DNA of 64,000 nt from Blastocladiella emersonii ATCC 22665 (Eukaryota > Fungi > Blastocladiomycota). Both the position numbers and the translations under genes were made by a program. Shown piece after piece: positions 1 through 12,711 of the stretch. Numbering within the stretch: position 1 is the stretch's first letter; every line of letters begins with the position of its first letter. Location of the stretch: NCBI GenBank assembly GCA_025594325.1, contig JANHCV010000009.1:744001-808000 (forward strand), in the 5' to 3' direction. The notes under the pieces were generated by a model. It was given only the letters and a program-made list of their open reading frames with translations, was not told the DNA's origin and ran no database searches.

Positions 1-886
1 CCGACGACCGCGGCATCGACGTGGTCCGCGAGCAGATCAAGAATTTCGCGTCCACCCGCAAGATCTTCAGCTCCGGGTTCAAGCTGATCGTCCTCGACGA
101 GGCCGACGCCATGACGCAGCCCGCCCAGGCCGCGCTTCGTCGCGGTACGCTCTTCACTCGATGCTCGCGTTCGACCAGATCTGACTCGCGCCCCCGTAGT
201 CATCGAAAAGTACACGCGCAACGTGCGCTTCTGCATCATCTGCAACTACGTGTCCAAGATCATCCCGGCCGTCCAGTCGCGGTGCACCCGGTTCCGCTTC
301 AACCCGCTCGAGCACGACCAGATCGCCGACCGCCTGCGCCACATCGCGTCCGCCGAGAGCGTCGAGCTGACCGACGACGGCATGCAGGGCCTCCTGCGCC
401 TGTCGGGCGGCGACATGCGCCGCGCCGTCAACGTCCTCCAGTCCGCGCACGCCGCGTTTGGCGTGGTTGATGAGAACGCTGTCTACACGACCACCGCCGC
501 GCCACTGCCCAAGGACGTCGAGCGGTGTACTAACTGGCTCCTCAATGAGGAGTTTTCGGCTGCTGTGCAGCGTACGCACCCACCCGTTTCTCGTCCGCAC
601 TTCGTTCACTCACACCCGCGACGTAGACCTCGCCACCCTCCGCACCGAGCGCGGGTACGCGCTGCAGGACCTGCTCGCCGACATGTTCAAGTTCGTGCGG
701 TCGCTCGACATGGGCAACGCCGCCAAGCTGACGCTCTACGAGGCCATGGCCGACATCGAGTACAAGCTGTCGCAGGGGTGCAGCGACCGCATCCAGGCCG
801 GCGCGCTCGCGGGCGCGTTCCGTCTCGCCGTCGAGCTCGCGCTCAAGGAGAGTAACAGTCAGCAGCAGCAGATTGGCGCACAATAA
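1..886 (+). CDS. RFC3: Replication factor C small subunit (yeast Rfc3 / human RFC5 type), 5'-partial
   Basis: Motifs [33 protein letters not shown] sensor ([11 protein letters not shown]) and [16 protein letters not shown] introns at 145-199 and 572-626 join the three ORF-track frames; stop at 884-886. Confidence 0.93.
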
Positions 887-934
887 ATGAGGCGTGTGGG
901 TCTCTGATTTTTGATCACATCACAACTACTACTC

Positions 935-3900
935 TCACTCTTCGCTGATCGTCGGCTCAGCCGGCGGCGCCAACGACCGCGGTCCCGCCGAGCCCGCCGC
1001 GGCAGCAGCGGCAGCGTCGCCCTCGTCGGTCGTCGTGGTGTGCAGCGTCGAGATGAGCCGCTGCATGGTGGGCGGGCACACCTGGGCCTCCTTGGCGATC
1101 CCCGCGACAAACGGGTGCACCAGCAGGTCGGCGGCCGTCGGCCGATTGTGCGGGTTCACCTGCAGGCACAGCTTGAGGAACTCGAGCCCGAGCGGCGACG
1201 CCTTGATGTTGTCCGGGATCGGTGGCGGGGACACGGCGCTACGGCGGGGCGGGGTGGATCAGGTCAGGTGTGGTTGGGGTGAGTGATGCGGCGAGGCGTA
1301 CCAGTGGTAGATGATGGCCCACTGGTTGTCGAGGTGCGACCACGGCGCTAAACACACGCACGCGTGCGCGCGGGCGGGTCAGCACGCGACCCGACACGCG
1401 CTCCCGCTCGAGCCGAGAACGTACCGCGGCCCGTGTACAGCTCGTACAGGACGCATCCGAGCGACCAAATGTCCTGGCACCCGATCCGGCCGCCGGGCGA
1501 GCCAATGATCACCTCCTACGCGTTCGACGTGCGAGTGTGAGCGCGCGAGAGCCCGCGAAGTCGACGACGGGGGAGCGTACGGGCGCGAGGTAGTTGGGCG
1601 TGCCGATCAGGCTCATGGCCGACTGGCCTGCGGCCATGGTCTTCTGGTTCGAGAGCATCTTGGCCGCGCCGAAATCGACCAGCTTGATGTTGCCGTTCTG
1701 GTCGAGCAGGATGTTCTACACCATGGCGCGCGCGTGTCAGCACCACATCCCCGCACACCACGAAACGCAACGCACGTCGGGCTTGATATCGCGGTGCACG
1801 ATACGCTTCGAGTGGAGGTACTGGAGCCCGAGGAGAATCTGGTACGTTACGCGCTGGATGATGCGCTCGTCGAGCCCGCCGACATCGACGATCGACGACA
1901 GCGTGCCGTTCGGCACGTACTCCATGAACAGGTACACCTTGTCGCGGTGCACCTCGATCCCGTAGTACTGCACCACGTTCGGGTGCGACAGCTGCTCCAT
2001 GACCTGCATCTCGTCGGCCACCATCTGCTTGAGCGTCGCAAAGTTGGCCGTGTCCTGGATCCGGATCTCCTTGACGGCGAGCAGCTCGCCCGACGTCAGG
2101 TCGATCCCCATGTACACGGACCCGTACGTGCCGCCGCCGAGGAACCGCCCGTGCTGCCACCGGATCGAGATGCTGCTGGCCGACGACGACAGCGACGCGA
2201 GCGACCGCTCAGAGACCGCGCTGTCGAGGACGCGCCCGATCAGCCGCGCCTCGCGCAGCCCGTCGACGCGCCGGTCCTCGAGCGCCTGCAGCTTGGCGCC
2301 GGTCCCCTCGAAGAAGCGCGCGTGCGGGTGCGGCTGCGTCGGGCCCGACAGCGTCAGCTGCGGCGAAAACGACTCGAAGTGCGAGATGAGCAGCGACATG
2401 CAGTGGCCGACCTGGACGCGCATGGCGGCAAACTCGCGGTCGGTCAACAACGACAGGACGCCGTGTCCCCGCGCCGCGGACCCGTCGGCGGCGCAGGTCC
2501 CGCTGCGGCAGATGGACAGCGTCGACTCGAGCGCAATCAGCGCCCACCGGAACGTCTTGCGCGACGGCTGGCCCTGCTGGTACTCGGAGTAGGACGTGCA
2601 CGTGAACCGGATCCAGTCGATGGTGAAGAGCAGCAGGCGGTGGTGCAGGCGGCGCGGGTTGGTGACGAGCCGCGAGGAGCGCTGCGCGAAATCGAACGCG
2701 TACGTGAACAGCGTCTCGACAATCACGTCCTCGTAGTGCTCCTTGATCAGCTCGATCCCGTTCAGCAGCGTGAACGTGTACTTGTTGAGCGTTGCCTCGA
2801 GCGTGTTCATGGCCACCTGCAGCCGCCGCGACTGCGACATGACCCACTGGCCCGTCACAAACTGGCCAAACTCGGCGCGGAAGTGCGGCAGCGCGTCCGC
2901 CGTCGCCGCGACCAGCAGCACGGGGCTCGGCATCTGCGACGGCATCAGCGTCGAGTGCATGGCCGTGGCCGGCAGGTCGCCCGGTGCCGCGCCCGCCGCC
3001 CCCGCCGCGTGGTCCGGCACCGGCACGGGGACCGGCGCGACCGCGGCCGCCGCCTTGACGATGCCCATGTCGCTGAGCCGGACCGTGAGCAGCGGCGAGA
3101 ACCGCAGGAACGACGGCGCGTCCGGGTAGTGGACGAGGACGACGGCGTTGGAGGGCACGAGCACGTCCGGGTTGCACGGCAGGACGCAGAGGAAGTGGAA
3201 CACGTTGATGCCCGGGTTGCGCGAGAAGACGAAGACCGACTCGGTGGTATGCGCGACGAGGCGGTACCCGAGGTCGAGCAGGTGGTTGACGAAGGCGGCG
3301 AGGACCTCGGGGCGGCGCGAGTCGCCCGGGTGCGGGCCGAGGGCGAGCGGGCACGCGCGCAAAAAGTGGTGGATCATGAGGCGGAAAAAGTGTTTGGCGT
3401 GGCGCGACCGCAGCTTGAACGTGTCGAGGTGCTTGTCGAGCTTGATGGCGCCCTTGATGGCCTCGAGGAAGAACTCCTGCAGGTGCTCGAACCGGCGCAT
3501 CACGAGCCGGCAGAAGCCCTCGGCAATGTACACGTCGAGCCCCTCGATCGGGTGCGCCGTGGTGAGCAGGTCGCAGAAGAAGCGCCACTCCGTGTCGAGG
3601 ATCTCCGACTCCTTGGTGCGGTTCTGCTCGGCGCACAGCGACATTTCGAGCAGCCGGAAGCACATGTCGAGCGACCGGAAGATGTCGGCCTCGATGGTCG
3701 GCGCGACCAGCCGCTGCGGCTGCCACCCGGGCTGCGGCGCCATGAACTCCATGTACTCGAGCCGGATCTTGTGGCCGAGGACGAGCGTCGACTTGAAGTC
3801 CTTGAGCAGCTGGTCGACGGCCGTGATGGTCAGCTCCTTGATGCGGCTCGAGTACGACAGCCGGATGCGGTGGATCTCCTGGACGAGCTCGAGCGACAGC

Positions 3901-5319
3901 TGGCCGAGCGCCGAAATGAACGTGAAGTCGATGGGCAGGTTGTAGGCGGCAAACTGGTCCGTGAACTGCAGCACCGTCGACTTGAGCCGGCGCAGGTACC
4001 GCGGCAGGTCCGACACGAACCGCCGCTCCAGCGGCGACTGCGGGTCGCGCTCGCGGAACAGCATCTCGAGAATGTTGTTGGACGTGTGGATCCACGACTC
4101 GTTGTACGCCGCCGACTCCTCGGCCGTCAGCGGCGTGTCGCGCGCGGCGCCGGGCGCCGGGGTCGGGGATGGCGATGACGGGTCGCCGTTGTTGTTGCCG
4201 TTGCCGTTGCCGTTACCGTTCGCAATCCCCGCGGCGGCCGCGGCCGCAATGGCGGGCGAGTGGGCCGAGAGGACGGGCAGGGCGCCGCCGGTCCACCGGG
4301 CGAAAATGTTCATGGTCTGGTGCAGCTCCTCGGTGAGGTTGAGCCAGGTCTGCATGACCTCGACCTTGGCCTGGAAGCGCGGGGCCATGTAGAGGGGCTT
4401 GTCGGCGCGGAAGGCGCGGTCGGTCGGGTACAGGTCGCGGAACTCCTGGACGCGGTCGAGCTGCTCGGCGACCTTGGCGCGCGTGTCCGAGACCGAGTCG
4501 CGCGGGTCGGCCATGAAGTCGAGGACGAGCAGCAGGCCGGCGTCAATGTCGGTGCGGCGCGTGTCGACGAGGTGGCGCTCCTCGAGCACCGAGTGGCCGT
4601 GGTGCACGGCGCGCAGCGCGAGCCACAGCTCGTACTTTTTGTCGGGCTCGGTCCAGCTCGACTGCGAGAACAGACTATGCGGGGGTGCGGATCAGTTCCC
4701 GTGCAAGAGCGGCAGTCGGCAGTCGGCGGGCAAGGAAAGCGTACCGCTGGGTCTCGAGCCGCAGAATCTCGCCCGTGAGCACCGACTCGAGCATCGACAG
4801 CCACTCGTAGCGGTGGAGGAGCGGGTCGGGCTCGGCGCCGCCGTCGGCCCCATCGCTCGGGACGCCCGTGGCGGTAGGCCCGCCGTGGTGCGCCGAGACG
4901 GCGGCGGACCGGCGCGCCGTCGACGACGCGGGCGGCGGCGACGGGAACGGGAACACGGGCGAGTCGGCGACGGCCGCCTGCTGGTTCGGGTTGACGAGGC
5001 TCGGGTACAGCGCGTGCGCCGGGGTCTGCGGCACGGCCGAGGCCGCCGACGCGGCGGCGGCAGCAGCCGACGAGTGGTGGTGCGCGCGCGGCGTCAGCGG
5101 CGGCGACGCGAGCGGGATGAAGTTGTCCGTGGTCGGGCCCGAGAAGGTCGGCGACGTGGGCGTCGGCAGCGTCGTGTGTGCGGCGGCGGACGACGACGGC
5201 CCGTTCGCGACGGCGGAGGACGCGTCGGGCGCGGGCGCGCGACGCATGGGCGCGTCGGCAAGCGTCGGCGGGACGCGCCGCTTCGGTGGCGGCGGGTTTG
5301 ATGGCAGCGATGATCCCAT
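935..5319 (-). CDS. SSK2: MAP kinase kinase kinase, Ssk2/Wis4/MEKK4 family (multi-exon)
   Basis: Long N-terminal helical region (ELWLALRA, RWALIALE), then kinase IRWQHGRFLGGGTYGSVY, LAVKEIRIQD, HRDIKP, DFG, GTPNYLAPE, DIWSLGC. Several GT-AG introns join ORFs 4675-5319, 1737-4607, 1516-2160 and 935-1234. Confidence 0.9.
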
Positions 5320-6010
5320 GGTGAGGGTCGCCGGCGCGGCGGCGGCGGCGGGGGTGGTCGCGGTGAAGGGGCGGCAGCCAGCTTACGCGCGTGCGGGCGG
5401 GTGGAGGAGATCGATCGCGCGTGTGATAAACTCGGGCGCGAGGAGGGAGAGCGAGGGCCGCGCGTGTCGCAGAGCCATGAGGGGCGGGCCGAGACACGGC
5501 TCCCCGGTTCCCCTGCGTGGCTGCCTGCGCCGTGTGCCCGCGATTGCTGGCGCGCGCGCACAGCGTCACGGCGGCGTGTCATCGTGCATGCGATACGTTA
5601 GCGGCAGTGCCTGTGCGTGTGTCTCGCTGCTACGGGCGTGAGAGCGCGTGTGGCGCAGTTCCCGCCGGTCGGTCGCGGCGCGCTGGTCGGCCAACGCGAA
5701 TCCGAACGCGTCGCCCCGCCTCGCGACGGGCCACGCCGACCCACGTGACGCGTAAACACCGACTTCCCCTCCTCCCGCGCCGCCGCCACTCCGCCGGCAG
5801 CGACTCGACGGCGAGCGGCCGCGCGCGCGCCGCGGGTCGGATCCATTGGACTGTGGCGTACCGTTGGGTGACGCAAGACGTAGCAACCAACGACACCACG
5901 CATCGACTCGCCCGCCCACCTCGCCGCTGCCCGCCCTCATCGACTACTCGGCGCGCGCGTGAGACGACGAATCGGTCAATCCCGCCCCACTCTACCCCTC
6001 CGCACCGACC

Positions 6011-9000
6011 ATGGCTGGACCCGCTGCCGCCAAGGCCAACCAGAAGGCCAAGCCGAAGCCGGCGCCCGGGAAGAAGCCCGCGCCCGGCGCCGCCGGTAAG
6101 AAGCAGAAGGCCCCCGCGGCCCCCGTCAAGGCCGCCGGGATCGTGAACGTCATCGCCGACGAGCACGCTCCCGACGTGCCCTCTGTCTCGGCGCCCGCTG
6201 CCGCGAAGAAGGCCCCCGCGGCTAAGAAGCCTGCTGCTGCTGCGCCCGCGCCGGCCAAGAAGGCTGCTGCTGTCGCGAAGCCTGCTGCTGCTGCCGCTGC
6301 GCCGGCCAAGGGCAAGAAGCCCGCCGCCTCTGCTGCCGCCGGCAAGAAGGCCGCGCCTGCCGCTGCTGCCGCTGAGCCCGCCAAGGCCGCGCCCGCGGTC
6401 AAGCGCACCAGCTCCGAGGCCTTCCCTCGTGGCAAGGCGCCCAAGACGGCTGCCGCTGCCGCCGCCTCCGCGGCCAACGACGCCGAGTCGGGCGACGACG
6501 AGCCCGCCGCCGCCGCCCCCGCGCCGAAGAAGAAGGCCAAGACCGAGCCCAAGCCCGCCGCCGCCGCTGCCTCGGCTGCCCCCGCCGTCAAGAAGATCGC
6601 CGCCCCGAAGAAGTCGGCCGAGCCCGATGCCGCGAAAAAGGAGAAGCACGCCTTCAACATCGCCAAGGTCTTTGCCGACCAGAAGCCCGTGTTCGGCCTC
6701 GTCAAGGACTTCAAGGAGCTCGACCTCGTCGTGGCCCTGCCCGGCAACCAGTTCGGCTACGTGTCCGTCACCGAGGTGTCGCCACAAATCTCGGCCATGG
6801 TCGCCGCCTACGCCCAGCCCGAGGACAGCGACGACGAGGATGAGGAGAAGGTCCGTTTGCGCGTCACATCACCCGTAGCTGCCCGAACGCGGCCGCTGAC
6901 ACGGCCTGACCGTGTATAGGAGCTCCCCGAGTTGCGCAAGTACTTCACCAAGGGCCAGCCCGTGCTGGTCAAGGTGACGCAGATCAAGGTCAAGGACGAG
7001 GCCTCGGCCAAGCGCCTCGACCTGACCCTGCAGCCCAGCCTGATCGCCGCCGGCCTGACCGCCGACGACTTCAAGGCCGGCACCATCGTCCAGGCCGCCG
7101 TGCGCTCCGAGGAGGACCACGGGCTCATCCTCGACCTCGGCCTCGGCAAGGACGAGCCCTCGGGCTTCGTCCCGACCGCCGCCATCCCCGCCGGCCGCTC
7201 CTTCACTGTCGGCCAGGTCGCCCTGTTCAAGGTGACCGAGCCCGCCGACGGCGGCCGCGTCATCACCGTCGCGCCGCTCCCGCTCGACGCCGCCCTCGGC
7301 TCCGACGCCTTCGCCGGCACCCGCTTCGCCAAGGGCACCGTCGCGCTCCCCGTCGCCATCGCCGCCGACGCCCGGCCAACCCCGCCCATCGCCATCGGCG
7401 ACGTCGTGCGCGCCACCATCGTCGAGCACTCGAGCGCCGGCATGAAGGTCGACCTCGTTGTCGGCGATGCGTCGGGCAAGAAGGGCAAGGACGCCGCTGC
7501 GACGCCCGCGGGCCCCACGTTCCGCGGCCTGGTCCCGTCGTACCACATCTCGGACATCACGCTCGCGCACCCCGACAAGCGGTTCCCCGTCGGGTCCAAG
7601 CACAAGTTCCGCGTGCTGACGGTCAACGGGTCCAAGTTCTCGCTGACGGCCAAGAAGACGCTCGTCAACAGCGAGCTGCCGATCGTGACGGACCACTCGC
7701 GCGACAACGTCGGCAGGATCACGCACGGCGTGATCGTCGGCGTCACCGAGACGGGCGTCGTGGTGCAGTTCTACAACCTCGCCAAGGCATTCATCCCGAT
7801 CTCGGACATGTCGCACGAGTTCCTCAAGTCGACCGACGACTTCAAGCGCGGGCAGCCCGTCAAGTGCCGCATCTACTACGCCAACGCCGAGCAGGAGCGC
7901 ATGAAGGCGTCGCTGCTCCTCGAGGGCAAGAAGGCGTCCGATGACGACGAGGCCAAGGCCCTCGCCAAGGCCCAGGCCAAGAAGGACAAGGCCGACAAGG
8001 CCAAGCTGCGCAAGTCGGAGCGCATCCTCCAGACCTTCGACTGGTCCGCGATCCCCGCCGCCACCGACCGCACCTCGGTCGCCGACCTGCACGTCGACAT
8101 GGACGTCGAGGGCTACGTCCACAACATCAAGGACAAGGCCGGCGTCTTCGTCGGGCTCTCGCCCAGCGTCACGGGCCGCATCAAGATCGCCGAGCTCTCG
8201 GACAAGTTCGTCCGCGACTGGCAGTCGCTCGCCAAGGTCGGCGACCGCATCAAGTGCCGCGTCGTCGCCATCGACGGCAACCAGGTCGAGCTCTCGTGCA
8301 AGTCGCGCAAGAAGGTCGCCGGCAGCGACGTCGAGTCCGAGGCCGAGTCGTCAGACGACGAGGACGCCGCTGACGCCATGGAGGTCGACGGTATGGCTGC
8401 GCTGTCCGACTCGTCGGACGACGACGACGAGGATGCCGACGACGAGGATGCCGACGAGGAGGAGGAGGAGCACGAGGCGCGCGCCGGCAGCGACGAGGAG
8501 TCGGACGCCGACGACGTCGACGTGGTCCTCGACACCCAGAACATGGCCAAGTCCACGGCCAAGGCCGGCGGCATCGAGGTGACCAAGGGCTTCAGCTGGT
8601 CCAACTCCATGTCCGACGACGAGGACGAGGGCGCCGACTCGGACGACGAGGACGCCGACGAGGACGAGGACGCGTCGGGTGCAGCTGGCGCTGCCGGCGA
8701 CGACGACGCCATGGACGTGGACGGCGAGTCGGGCGAGCCGTCCAAGGCCAAGCTCAAGCGGCAGAAGCAGAAGGCCAAGGACGAGGCGGAGCGCGCGGTG
8801 CAGCAGCGGCAGGCGGCGATCCTGCAGGAGCCGCAGCTCGCGACCGACTACGAGCGCATGCTGGTCGGGTCGCCCAACTCGTCGTTCCTGTGGATCAAGT
8901 ACATGGCGTTCCAGCTCAAGCTCGCCGACGTGACCAAGGCGCGGCAGGTCGCCGAGCGCGCGATCCAGACGATCCACTACCGCGAGGAGCAGGAGAAGCT

Positions 9001-9637
9001 CAACGTGTGGGTCGCCTGGCTCAACCTCGAGAACCAGTTCGGTGACCGTGAGTCCCTCGACGCCCTGTTCAAGCGCGCGGTCCAGTACAACGACCCGCGC
9101 ACCGTGTACCTGCACCTCGCCAGCATCTACACGCGGTCGGGCAAGCTCGAGGCCGCGGCCGAGCTGTACGACGACATGGTGGCCAAGTTCAAGGAGTCGA
9201 CGACCGTGTGGATGCGGTACGCCACGTTCCTGTTCGAGCAGCCCGGCCGCGCCGACGAGGCGCGCGCGCTCCTCCCGCGCGCCCTCAAGTCGCTCGCCAA
9301 GGCCAAGCACATTGCCGCCATCACCCAGATGGCGCTGCTCGAGTTCAAGCTCGGCGACGCGGAGCGCGGGCGCACCATCTTCGAGGGCGTGCTCGCCAAC
9401 TACCCGAAGCGCGTCGACCTCTGGAGCGTGTACCTCGACATGGAGGTCAAGTCGCGCGATTTCGACGCGGCGCGACGCCTCTTCGACCGCATCATCACCC
9501 TCAAGTTCTCGTCCAAGAAGATCAAATTCTTCTTCAAGAAGTACCTCGAGTTCGAGAAGAAGTTTGGCGACGACGCCCGCGTCGCGTACGTCAAGCAGCG
9601 CGCCGTCGAGTACGTCGAGTCGCTCAACCGTGAATGA
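6011..9637 (+). CDS. RRP5: rRNA biogenesis protein Rrp5 (S1 repeats, acidic tract, C-terminal HAT/TPR repeats)
   Basis: S1-like repeats (YFTKGQPVLVKV, GTIVQAAVRSEEDHGLILDLG) and C-terminal PNSSFLWIKYMAFQL, EKLNVWVAWLNLE, KRVDLWSVYLDME. One intron at 6851-6919; about 1185 aa. Confidence 0.93.
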
Positions 9638-9930
9638 GCTGGTTTTGCCGTGTATTGTTTGCCGATTATGTTTTCCACTCGTACCTTGTAATTGTTCCTA
9701 TATAGTCACTGATCCCATAGCACTGCCTTTTCTTGAGTGAGAGCGTTGACCTGACCTGTCGGGACGGCGCGGCGGGCGACATGAACGATGCGTCAAGGCG
9801 ACGCGTTTCGACTTTGCGGCTATCAACCTCTCGCACGATATATCCGCGCGCTAGCAAGAAATTGCGAAAACCGTATATATTTGTATTTCGCGACAACTAG
9901 AGGATGGGCAAGGGAAAGCGACTGCGAGGC

Positions 9931-12237
9931 TCACTCGCCATGGATGAGCGCCAACAGCGCCGACTTGTACTCTTCCGACGCGACCGTCTCGGGCGCAACG
10001 CGTCGGAGCTCGCGAATGATCGCGCGCGACTCGGCCTTGGAGCTCGCGATCTGGTCGGCTGCGCGGACGGCCTGTGCGACCCACTCTGCGTCCTTGACGC
10101 CATCAAGCGCGCCATCAGGAACTGCGCGCCAGAACGCGGCGGGAATCGGATCCAAGCTGCCGCACGACTCGATCCGCTCGACGAGGCCAACAAAGTCGGC
10201 GCGAAGCAGAATGTCCAGGAGCTCGCGGAGTGGGTCTTCGACAGTCTGGCAAGCAGCAGCTGGGCATGGGGCCGAAGGAGCAAGGTTCGGCTGAACGAGA
10301 AGGGCGGAGGACAGCTGCTGGAACGCCGTGGGATGAAGATCGCCGATCGCAGCGCGTGGATCGAGCGGAACGAGGTCGGCGATGGTGTCAGTGAACGCGC
10401 GCTGCCGCGACAAGTCGCACTCGGCGCACGTTTGGGATGAAGCGCCGCATGAGATGGTGTGCGTTCCAACGTTTAAGGAACACAGAGCGTGGATCATGGC
10501 GCCAAGGAACAGCGGAGCAGTCCCTGTTTGAGCAAGGCGCGCGATGGCACGGGAGCGCTAGGTCGGGTCGCGGAGCATGCTCACGGGAACCCAAGCAAGC
10601 GCGACGCACGAGCTTGGATCGCAACATGAGACAAACTCGGTTGCAAGATCAAATATATCCTCGAGGCTGACGAGAAGCTTGCTGCTGAAAACAGTTTCAA
10701 GGAAGTCGCAATACTGGCGCCGCTGAGCGAGCGTTGTCCAAATAGTGTCTGAAGCCAACGTTGCGACAGCTTCCATGGTTTCGACGAGAGCTTCGATCGG
10801 CAGTTGCCCGTGCTCGCCAATGTGGCGGCGCGCAAACGACAGGATCGCCCGAGGATCGGGAGTAGGACCGAAAACATCACGGCCACTACTCGTGAACGGG
10901 GGAATACATGTTGCAAAGCCTAATGAGGAAGGACGAACAAGATGGGAGAAGTCGGTAACGCGTAACGACCATTTGTGCCCGGATTTGAGCAACGCACCTT
11001 GTACCACGGCTGATGGGAACCGGTCTCCAAGTCGCTCCGTCGCCAGGACAAGCATGGGCGAGCTGGAGACGTCCCCATCCCACTCTGTGACGCCCCATCG
11101 GATTATGTAGCCCCAAGCCGACATATCGAGGAGCTCCAGATCGTCAAGGATGATCAAATTCGCGGCCGATCGCGGGATCCGCCCCATGACAAAGTCGGTG
11201 GTGATTTGCGAGTGGTCGGACTCGCGGACCTGACTGATACAACGTCCGGAGTCGAGCTTGGCGAGGCGCTGGAGCAAGGCAGGTCTCGAGCTCAAAAAGG
11301 TGACGAAATGGCGGCCGTCGACGCGCAACGGATCAGCCGTCCAGCCAAATTGCAGAAGCCACACAAGGATCTCCACCGTTTCGTCCATTGAGGTCTTCCA
11401 CTTGACAGAGGTACTCTTGCCAAAAAGATCCTTTGCATAGTCATCCAAGCACGTAACTTCTGACAGCCAAGTCTGGTAAGACGAGCATGTCAAGTTTTGA
11501 ACAACCTTAAAAAGCACCAGGTCACCCGAGAAAATGGCAAGGATACCAAGGAACTGGTCGATCGCTATCGTTGCATAGGTGTCGTCGACAAGCCAATACG
11601 CAGGCTTGGCTTGATGCGACATGTATCGCCAGGACGTCGGGCGCAAATAAATTCGAGTAACCTTCGGCAACCGGTCGTACACCCGCTGAAAGAGGTGCCG
11701 CAGCGACTGGCCATCAAGGCGGTAGCTCGCGATCACCAACAGCTGAAGCAAAGAGATGACCGGGTGCGCATCAATGGACAGAATTTGATTAACTCGACGC
11801 GTTTGGCAGAGGTCGTCGACAGTGTCGGCAAAGGTTTCCGTGTCGTAGCAAGTTGAGTCAAGCAGGGGCTCGACCAAATTTACGAGTCGATCGGCGAGGA
11901 CGGTAAGCAGGGAGGTGACACAGTCAAAGTCGGGACTGCCAGGTACAGCTCGCGGGGCAGCATCTATGCTATCGGTACCCGCCTCGAAGAGTGCACCAAC
12001 ATCGGTTGCGAGGATTTCGCGATCCCATGTGTAGTAGTTTCGATAATCGTCCGGGTGGGCGCGTTTAAGAAGATAGTTAAGCCATAGACGGTTGACCAGA
12101 CGGGTGCAGGTCGACCCGTAAAGCTCGCGATTCGCGAGACAAACAGCAAGTTTGGGGCGCGCGAGTTGGACAACCAAACCAAGGAGCTCGGTCGGTAGAG
12201 CGCCAAGCCCAATACATTGCATAGAGTTTCGATTCAT
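9931..12237 (-). pseudogene. F-box-like family copy A, interrupted by one in-frame TAG
   Basis: N-terminus LGALPTELLGLVVQL...RLW. ORFs 10558-12237 and 9931-10497 share a frame and are separated only by TAG at 10558-10560; homology to copies B, C and E continues across it. Putative 78-nt intron at 10920-10997. Confidence 0.75.
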
Positions 12238-12711
12238 GGGTCGTCAAGATACATGGGTACGGGGTCGGGGTCGTGTGGGAGCGGAGGTCGTCCGACGACG
12301 AGCAACCCCGCGGCGCCACACAAACCCCTTCCTGCTCACCCGCGACACGTGCGTCTGAACGGCGCGCTGCTCCGCTGAGGGCTTCCATAGTGCACCATTC
12401 ATCGCTTCCATGCTGTATGACTCGAACTGCCGCCCCCACCTCCCTCGGACACCACGGCCGGACCCGCGATGTCGCGTCGCGTCAATCACAGCTGAGCAGG
12501 CGGACAACGGAAAGAGCAAGTCACCCGGCCACGAGGTCAAAAAATGATGGTGTGCACAGGAATCGAGTGTATCATATCAAATCGAGTGGTTTGAACATGT
12601 AGTTACATGCTTTTGATTGCGTACTGGTGGGAGCTGGAAGGGTGGGATAGAAGAAAAACACTTACCCTGAGGCTTACATTGACATGGAGAATCAAAGTCA
12701 AAGGAGCGACT

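Noticed and set aside
1734-4178. Many long ORFs antisense to or overlapping real genes (e.g. 1734-4178+, 6869-8122-, 33123-34589-, 54238-56097-, 59845-61524-)
   Set aside because: Shadow frames produced by high GC3 codon bias; Arg/Gly/Val-rich with no motifs, and the opposite frame carries the recognisable protein.
5741-5760. CACGTG / ACGCGT / GTAAACA overlap in the SSK2-RRP5 divergent promoter
   Set aside because: A single cluster of short motifs in CG-rich DNA; cannot be distinguished from chance without conservation data.
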